Origin: a virus
Taxonomy: Duplodnaviria; Caudoviricetes
Direction: 5' to 3' (one strand)
IMG/VR virus record: IMGVR_UViG_3300030045_000025
Location: 1 to 29,943 of that record
Length of the DNA: 29,943 bases
Positions 16,088 through 23,400 of the stretch are shown one piece after another. The notes beneath the pieces are model-generated. The model worked only from the letters and a program-made list of their open reading frames with translations, had not been told where the DNA came from and did not search any database. Each line of letters starts with the position of its first letter. Positions within the stretch are counted from its first letter, which is position 1. A program made the position numbers and the translations under genes.

Positions 16088-16561
16088 ATGGCGACGACTT
16101 CAACCGGATCGAGCGACCTCCTCGCAGCGCTGCGCGCGGTGCTCATTGAGGAGTGCGAAGATATTTCAGCGGCCGGGATCTTCCTGGGTTCGATTCAGGC
16201 TGAGGATCCCATGCCGGCGTTTGTGTTGTGCGTGAAGAGCAATCGCGCCAAAAAGAAGTTGGGCGGCGCGGCCGGCGAGTGCCGGATGATTCAAGTGAGC
16301 ATGAAAGCCGTGTCCTCTGACGTGGCCGGCGAGACCGGCTATGCGGTCGTGGACTCCCTCGCCAACTCCAATTATCAGCTTTGGACCAATGGCGGCGGAT
16401 TGCCGGGGCAGGCGCTTCTCGCGGCCATCCTGGGGCCCGTGGGCTGGCAAGTCGGCGTCCCTGTTGAGATGTGCGATATCGGTCCGTATAATGAGTTGAT
16501 CGACAAAGACGAGCGTTGGCACACCGGCCATCTGTTCCTGTTCACGATCTCCACTGTCTGA
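16088..16561 (+). CDS. Tail terminator (DUF3168-like, putative)
   Basis: 157 aa immediately before the tube genes; LLAALRAVL...PMPAFVL...WHTGHLF pattern. Confidence 0.6.
   Translation: MATTSTGSSDLLAALRAVLIEECEDISAAGIFLGSIQAEDPMPAFVLCVKSNRAKKKLGGAAGECRMIQVSMKAVSSDVAGETGYAVVDSLANSNYQLWTNGGGLPGQALLAAILGPVGWQVGVPVEMCDIGPYNELIDKDERWHTGHLFLFTISTV
16463..16493 (+). promoter_or_regulatory. Internal promoter for tail-tube genes
   Basis: TTGAGA-17 nt-TATAAT inside the terminator-protein CDS, about 80 nt upstream of 16572; fits GTTG-N17-CCGTAYAATG. Confidence 0.65.
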
Positions 16562-16571
16562 GGAATCTAAA

Positions 16572-18881
16572 ATGGCGCAAATTGGAGCCGGAGCACAAAT
16601 CTACCTGGACGGCGTTCCTATTCATCAGGACCAGGCCAAGGCGATGGTCACTTTCTCTCAGGAGGAAGTCGATCACACACGCCTTGGCCAGATCGGCGCG
16701 CCGTGGAAAAGTCACCTGGTGACGCTGAATGATGGCAAGGTGAGCCTGAACGGCGACTGCCCGAGCGTGGATATCGACGCGATCAACCGCCTCGAGAACC
16801 TCATCAACCTGCGCACACTGCACACGCTGGCGCTCTGCCCCTTCGGCGCCGGGTTCAATTACCTCTCGATCATCGCCAACGTCCGCGCCACGAAACCGGC
16901 CGAGATTTCTATTCCCGTCAACGGGATTGTTTCGCTCGACACGGATTTCATCACGTCGGCGGCTTCGCCGGGGATGGTGTGCGGCCGCGTTGGGTGGACG
17001 CCGGTGGGGAACGGGAGTGCGACCAGCACCTCTGGATTGAACCTGGTCTACACCAGCGTTGATGCGAATCAGCGGTTTTGCTTCGTGGTGGATGGCGGGG
17101 CAGTTTCCGCTCCATTCACGGCTGCGACCTCGAATTCGTCGCTCGTGACGCTTCTGGAGGCGCTGCTCGGCGGTACGATCACGGTCACTGGGACGCTCAG
17201 CACTTCAGGTTCTTCCCCGCATGTGTTGTATTCCGGAAGTCTCGCCATTTCCTTCGGGGGCTCACTGGCTGGTACGCCCATTGAACCGCCGGAAATCCGG
17301 AGCGGCGCGGTGCAGTCCTTCACCATCGCCGGTGGCGACGCGGGCGAGTACACCATTGACGGCTCTGGGAACTTCACCTTGGGCGCTTCCTCTTCGACGG
17401 TGCAGGGGCTCTTGCAGGCTCTCGCCGGGATTTACGCGAATGCGACGGTCGTTGGTTCCAGCGCCGCGCCGGTTTCGCCTCAGCAATCTGTGGAGTTCAC
17501 CAACGTCCCGTCGCCGGTCTGGGCGGCCGTTCAGGGCACCGGCAACGCGGCCCTCTCCGACGTTGCGGACCCGACTTCCAACGCGGATTGGATCTCGGCC
17601 ATTGAGGCGTGCGCGGCCTACAGCGGGCAGACGGTCACGGCGTCCGGAGGCATCACCCTTTCCGGCGGTTTGCTCAACGGGACCATCACCTTCACCTTCA
17701 GTTCGTATCCCGCGCCGCTTTTAAAAGTGGTCACCGGCGTGATCGACAACGTGACGGCCTCCGCGGCGATTTCGATTGACGGTGTGACGGTGACGCCGGG
17801 GGATTCGATCTCCACGATCCAGGCGAATTTGCGCGCGGCGGGTGGGAGCGACGCAGAGGTTTATGTGACCGGTACGAGCGCGGCGGGCAGCGGCGGCTCG
17901 GTCGTGATGACCTCCGAGTTTCACGGGTACGACGCATTTACCTACGCCGGCAGTCTGAACGGACAGTTCTATTTCGTTCAAAGTGGCGGCTCCATGGGTG
18001 GCTGGTGGGGCCCGGCCGGCTACCTGTATTGGTCGCCGCCGGACGAACAATGGGTGGTATCCGGCACGCTGGGAGACACCATTGCTGAGTCAGTGACCAC
18101 CTATGGACGCGCCTATTCGCTGCCGCCGGCCGTCGCCGATACGCCGAATCCAGCGGCTGACTTTCCCACCGGAAACGCGGCGTATTGGACGGACCACGGA
18201 GGCAATGACATCGGCGGGGCCGGAGACACCGGTTCATATACCCCGCCGGCCGGCGCTTCCCTCAACCTCAACCTGCTCTACCCCACCGCCGCCGGCGCAG
18301 TCAGCCCCACCGTAACCGTGGGGGTTCTGACCCAGACCGCCGCGAAGGGCACCGTCCTCGCCAACTCCACCATCGCCACCGTTGCCGCCGGCAGCGCTGG
18401 CAGCGGACTCTACAACGCCTATTTCCCGCCCGCGTCCGGCAACGTGCCAGCCGCCGCGACCGGGACCGGAGCCACGGCGGCTGGCACGACCACGGGCGGT
18501 AGCGTGGCCACCGGCATCGTGGACGCGAGCGCGGTGGAAGGCCACACCTACACCAATGCCAACGTCATCAGCGGCACCGGTTCAAGCTCCGACCTCGCCG
18601 ATATCCCGAGCAGCACCACGACCAGCAATGGCGCGATGCTCCAACAGCAGGTACTCTTCGTGAGCGCCGGAGGTTCGCTGACGCAGGCCGTGGACCACGC
18701 GCCGGACGTGGACGGCAGCCCCGGCACCTACGTCGCGCTGGGGACCTTCCCGTCCGCAACCCAACCCGGAACAGCTTCCATTTATATCCCGCCGGGGACC
18801 ACGATTTACCCGCATGTCCGCGTGAATCAAACGGCCGTCACCGGCACCGCGATCTCGCATGTGACGTTCGCAAGGCTGTAA
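16572..18881 (+). CDS. Long tail-tube paralog (769 aa) with large Gly/Ser/Thr/Ala-rich extension
   Basis: N-terminus MAQIGAGAQIY...EEVDHTRLG...WKSHLVTLNDGKVS aligns with 18939-19469; about 620 additional residues; GAGGA RBS. Confidence 0.75.
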   Translation: MAQIGAGAQIYLDGVPIHQDQAKAMVTFSQEEVDHTRLGQIGAPWKSHLVTLNDGKVSLNGDCPSVDIDAINRLENLINLRTLHTLALCPFGAGFNYLSIIANVRATKPAEISIPVNGIVSLDTDFITSAASPGMVCGRVGWTPVGNGSATSTSGLNLVYTSVDANQRFCFVVDGGAVSAPFTAATSNSSLVTLLEALLGGTITVTGTLSTSGSSPHVLYSGSLAISFGGSLAGTPIEPPEIRSGAVQSFTIAGGDAGEYTIDGSGNFTLGASSSTVQGLLQALAGIYANATVVGSSAAPVSPQQSVEFTNVPSPVWAAVQGTGNAALSDVADPTSNADWISAIEACAAYSGQTVTASGGITLSGGLLNGTITFTFSSYPAPLLKVVTGVIDNVTASAAISIDGVTVTPGDSISTIQANLRAAGGSDAEVYVTGTSAAGSGGSVVMTSEFHGYDAFTYAGSLNGQFYFVQSGGSMGGWWGPAGYLYWSPPDEQWVVSGTLGDTIAESVTTYGRAYSLPPAVADTPNPAADFPTGNAAYWTDHGGNDIGGAGDTGSYTPPAGASLNLNLLYPTAAGAVSPTVTVGVLTQTAAKGTVLANSTIATVAAGSAGSGLYNAYFPPASGNVPAAATGTGATAAGTTTGGSVATGIVDASAVEGHTYTNANVISGTGSSSDLADIPSSTTTSNGAMLQQQVLFVSAGGSLTQAVDHAPDVDGSPGTYVALGTFPSATQPGTASIYIPPGTTIYPHVRVNQTAVTGTAISHVTFARL

Positions 18882-18938
18882 TTTCTACCCGGCTCCTGGC
18901 CGATCAACCCACGCAACCTCTCGGAGACAAAACCTACC

Positions 18939-19469
18939 ATGGCACAAATTGGAGCTGGCGCAAGAATCTACATCGGGACCGGCGCTGTCCCCTCCCCTGC
19001 CCTCACCGGCATCAACGGCTTGAGCGGCGGGACGCTCACCACGTTCAAGACCGATTACCAGATCGCCGGCGACGTCAACAATTACCTGTACGACGCCAAG
19101 GTCGCCACGACCGAGGGCGAAGTGGACGTCACCAAGCTGGGCGCCGACGTCAACGGCTTCTGGAAGAGCCACATCGTGGCCCTGAACGACGCCAAGCTCA
19201 CCTGTAAGTACGACACCGGCGACGGCGGAGACCAGACCGGCGCCTTCATCATCTGGATGCAGGGCATCCGCACCGGCATCCTTCACACGCTGGGCCGAGG
19301 CTTCGCGGACATTGTGATCCGGCCCTTCGGTGACGCCACGGGCAAGCTCCAGATTCGCGGCACGCTTTCCATCCCGAGCCTGAGCATCGACATCGCGACC
19401 GCGACCGTGATTGGCGGAGACCTGTCGTTCTCCTTCACCGGCCCGGTCTACTTCGAAGCTCAGTCGTAA
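18939..19469 (+). CDS. Major tail tube protein
   Basis: 176 aa directly before chaperone and tape measure; MAQIGAGARIY...GEVDVTKLG...WKSHIVALNDAKLT...LSFSFTGPV; strong GC3 bias. Confidence 0.8.
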   Translation: MAQIGAGARIYIGTGAVPSPALTGINGLSGGTLTTFKTDYQIAGDVNNYLYDAKVATTEGEVDVTKLGADVNGFWKSHIVALNDAKLTCKYDTGDGGDQTGAFIIWMQGIRTGILHTLGRGFADIVIRPFGDATGKLQIRGTLSIPSLSIDIATATVIGGDLSFSFTGPVYFEAQS

Positions 19470-19514
19470 ACCGGCAACTGTTCCGGAAACCCCTCCGGAA
19501 CCCTACTCACTCAC

Positions 19515-19577
19515 GGGCCACCTTCGGCGTTCACGCTCACGCGTGGGGGACGCGTCGAAGGTGGCCCTCCTGTTTTT
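19515..19577 (+). terminator. Large hairpin / terminator-like structure after tube genes
   Basis: GGGCCACCTTCG (19515-19526) pairs with CGAAGGTGGCCC (19556-19567), inner pairing also possible; followed by TCCTGTTTTT. Confidence 0.6.
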
Positions 19578-19599
19578 ACTCCCCATCCCCAAGGAATCC

Positions 19600-20136
19600 A
19601 TGCCCGATATCTCGCAAGTCCACAACGCCACGACCCCGATCAAGATCCAGCGCGGGAGCGTCGAATTCCAGATTGACGCTTACCTGGAGCGCATCTCCGT
19701 CACGAACGACACCTATCGCCCGCTGGTGGAAGCCGAGGGCGACCTCAAGCGCGAAGTCGTGAAGCTCAAGAGCATTTGCGCGGCCACCGGCGATACCTCC
19801 TACTTCGCCCTCATCATCAACGCGAAAGTTGGCCAGGGCAAGCGGCAGCGCGGCCCCACGCCGGCCGAAATCGAGAAGCGCACCAAAGAGTTCTCGGAAC
19901 AGGTTGAGGCCCTCCTGGGGCAGTTGCGCGCGGCCGAGAAGGCGCTGGCGGCCAACCAGGCTGAACGCATCGCGCACCTGACCGCCAAATGGGACTTGAC
20001 TGATGAGGGTGAACCGTGGCCGGTGACCGTGGAAAATCTGCTGACGTTCTCTCCTGACCTGCTGGAGGGCATTCTCGAAGCTGTTGAGCGCGGTGTGTTC
20101 GGCCCTTTAGCGACCCGGCCGCGTTCTGGGAGCTAG
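19600..20136 (+). CDS. Tail assembly chaperone (gpG-like)
   Basis: AAGGA RBS, ATG 19600; C-terminal KWDLTDEGEPWPVTVENL; between tube and tape measure. Confidence 0.78.
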   Translation: MPDISQVHNATTPIKIQRGSVEFQIDAYLERISVTNDTYRPLVEAEGDLKREVVKLKSICAATGDTSYFALIINAKVGQGKRQRGPTPAEIEKRTKEFSEQVEALLGQLRAAEKALAANQAERIAHLTAKWDLTDEGEPWPVTVENLLTFSPDLLEGILEAVERGVFGPLATRPRSGS

Positions 20137-20474
20137 TTGCCTACCTCGGGCACGAAGGCGAAAAGGACCCGGCCAAGACCGCCATTGGCTTGCGCAAAGA
20201 GAAGGAATTGGAGCGCGCCGCCAAGACGCTCTGGCCGTGCCCGCAACCGGCGTTCATCTCGGACAAGAACATCCAGCGTGTGGGCAAAGCCTACCTGGAG
20301 TACGAGGCGGGCGAGAGGCTCTTGAAGGAGCGGCCGGCTTTGTTCCACCGGCTGGCTGGATGGCTGGACGCGGAGGCGGAAGCTACTCCGATTTTGGACA
20401 AAAACCGGGAAATCAAGCGCGAGCGAGAGCGCAAACACAAGGACGCCCCCGGAAATAACCGAAGGCTGAAATAA
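20103..20474 (+). CDS. gpT-like -1 frameshift extension of the tail chaperone
   Basis: In-frame slippery heptamer C CCT TTA at 20103-20109; the -1 frame is open from there to TGA 20474 (FSDPAAFWELVAYLG...LRKEKELERAAK...) and has no ATG of its own. Confidence 0.75.
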   Translation, partial: PFSDPAAFWELVAYLGHEGEKDPAKTAIGLRKEKELERAAKTLWPCPQPAFISDKNIQRVGKAYLEYEAGERLLKERPALFHRLAGWLDAEAEATPILDKNREIKRERERKHKDAPGNNRRLK

Positions 20475-20476
20475 CC

Positions 20477-23400
20477 ATGGCCACCGATGTAGCAGTTCTC
20501 AGAACCGTTTTGGAGGGCGACGCCTCCGACTTTGACCAAAAGGTCAAGCACGTCGAGGACGTTATGGCCTCTCTGGCGTCCCGCGAGTGGAGTGCCGGGA
20601 GAGTTGACGTTGATGTCGCTTCCGGCATGGCGAACGTCGCGCGGCTCCAGGAGGCCCTCCGGTCCCTCCAGGCTGAATCCCTCAACATCAACATCGGTGT
20701 AAACGGTGGCCCCGGCGGTTCCGGAGGCGGCAGTTTCGGCGGCAATCCGGAGCGGATCGCGGCGGCGACTCAGGCGAAGGTCCAGCAGATTTTGCAAGTG
20801 AGCCAGGAACGGCAGGCGGCGATTTTGCGGGAGGGGCAGGCGGGGGCGGACGCGGTTCTGGAGCAATCGGGGGCGCGGCAGACTTCGATTCAGCAAGAGT
20901 CACAGGCTCGTCAGGAAGCGAGCGCCCAGCAGCACGCCCAGCGGATGGCGCAAATCGCGGAGGAGAGCTCGGCGCGCCAAAGCGAGGCCGAGGCCAAGAC
21001 GTGGGCGCAGCGGGCCTCGAGCGCTGGCGAGAGCCTCGCGGGCAGCGGTTACCGGCAGATGCGCACGGGCGCGATTCTGAGCGCCACGGTGACCGCGCCG
21101 GCGGTTGAGTTGGGTAAGTACGTGATGGACACGACGGGCGACTTTCAAGCCGCCATGCTGCAGGCGACGACGATGACAAATCTCGGCGTCGAGAACATTG
21201 ATAAGTACTCCCAGGCCGTCCTCAAGCTCTCCCAAGACCCCAACATTAAAAACACGCCAACCGAGCTTGCGGACGCGCTGCTGATCGCCGGGTCCAAAAC
21301 CAAGTCCGGTGCCGATGCCATGGAAGTGCTTCGCGTCTCGGCCATCGGTGCCACGGCGGGGCTGGGCGAAGTCAAGGACGTGGTTTCGAGCGTTTCCACG
21401 GTCCTGAACGCTTACAAGATGCCCGTGAGCGACGCGGCCCGTGTGACGGATATTCTGGTCAACACGGCCAAGCAAGGCGGCGTCGAAGCCGCGCAGTTCG
21501 CGATGGCCTTCCCGAAAGTCGTGGAAGCCGCGGCTGGCGCGCACGTGCCGATTGAGCAAGTCGCGGCCTCGATCGCTACGATGACCCGCGTCGGGATTCC
21601 GGCCGGCACCGCAGCGACCGCCCTACAGCGGCTACTCCTCAACTTCGAGAAGCCGTCTCAGCAGGCGCAAAAGGCCGTGGCCGGGCTGGGCGAGACCTTT
21701 GAGGATCTGCGCGAGAAGATGCGGACAGAGGGCTTCGAGTCGATGTTGGAGGGCCTGTTCGCCAAGGTGGGCGACGGCGATGACGCGGAAGCCAAACTCG
21801 CGCCGATCTTCGGCAGCGTCAACGCCCTCAAGGCCGCGATGAGCACGGCCGGCGACCAGGCGCAGGAATACCGGACAATCCTCGAATCCTTTTCCGGGAT
21901 CAACGGCATTTCGCTTTCCGCCGCCGCCGGGCAGATGGAAGGCGCCAATGCCGAATTCGCGAAGTTGAAGGCCACGACGGACGCCGCCGCCATTTCCATT
22001 GGGGAAAGGCTCATGCCCGCGCTCACGAGCCTGGCGCGCGAAGCCGGGCAGGAAATCCCCCAGGCCTTGGACGCGGCCATTAAGGCATGGGACGCGCTTT
22101 CCCCGGCGGAACAAAAGGCCATCGAGGGTTTCGCGGGGATGCTTGTGGCCCTTGGCCCGCTCACGATGATGGCGGCCAACGTCAAAATTCTCGGCGGCGC
22201 GCTCCTGGAGATGGCGGCTATCCCCATGGAAGGGATGGGGATTATTAAGCTCGTGGATGGCCTTGGAGCACTGTTCACGGCGATGAAGGCCATTCAGGCG
22301 GCCGGGGGGATCGGCGCGCTATTCAGTGGTGGCTTGGCCGGTTTGGGAACTGTTGAGCTTGGGGGCGCCGCGCTCGCCCTTTCCGGGCTCGTTGTCACGG
22401 CCGGACTCCTGGGGCTCGCATGGGAAGCGCTCGGCACCGAGACCTACAAGATCCAGGCGGCGATGGATGAAGCCGATACCGCCGCATACAATCTCCAAAC
22501 CCAACTCGACACGATGCAGCGGTCCATCAAAGACGCGTTGCAGTTCTCCGGGGCATCAGCCGGCGCCCAAAAGGCTATTGCGGACCTTGGAGACAAGGCG
22601 GCGGCGGCCAAAGACAATACGGCCGAGTTGTTGAAAGTTTTGAAAGCGGCCTCTGATGAAAAAGCCAAGATCGCGCTTGACCCGAACATTGACGACAACT
22701 CCAAGGCCCTCGTGGAGAATTCGCTCACGCAATTTATCCACGAGCTTGAGACTCACGTGGTCACTTTGGACGTAACGCTTCGGCAGCAAGCCGATATTGC
22801 GGGGGGTGATAATCCGGGAGTGCCCACGCCGGAAGAAAATCGCCGAAAATTGGAACAGCGCGCGAAGGCGGCTGGCGTGACGCTGCCGGACGTGCCGATG
22901 GTCCCGGATTCGAATCAAGACCAGGGCTCGGATTGGAACCCTCTCGACCCGGAACAGCCAATGTCCATGGTGCCGAATCCCACCGACCCCGATTACCTGA
23001 CCAACATGCAAGAGGCCTACGCGGCCATCGAGAAATACGAAGCCGCCCAGCACAAGGCCGCCGGTGCTACCAAGGAAGTCGCCGCCGCAATCAACGAACA
23101 GACGGCAGCATTCGACAAGCTCAATCCGGCCCAACTCGCGGAGGAGCGCGCGCGCCTCAAGAAGCTTCAAGGGGAGGGGCATCCGGACATAAACCGGATG
23201 CGGGAACTCGCGGAGTACAATAAGGCGAATCGTGCGGCCGATTGGCTCAAGGATCAAAAGCCGGATGATGGCGCGTCTGGACTCGGCAATCAAGCCGCCG
23301 ACAACGAAACCGCGCAGCGCCTCCTTGGCGACCAAATCAAATCCGTCGAAGCGGCTATCCGCGCCTGGCAGCAACTTGGATCAACCGTTCAAGGCATGGG

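Noticed and set aside
16572-18881. Contractile tail sheath or diversity-generating retroelement target
   Set aside because: Begins with a tube-like domain and lacks sheath motifs; downstream module is siphovirus-like; no reverse transcriptase or adenine-variant repeat pair seen in the window
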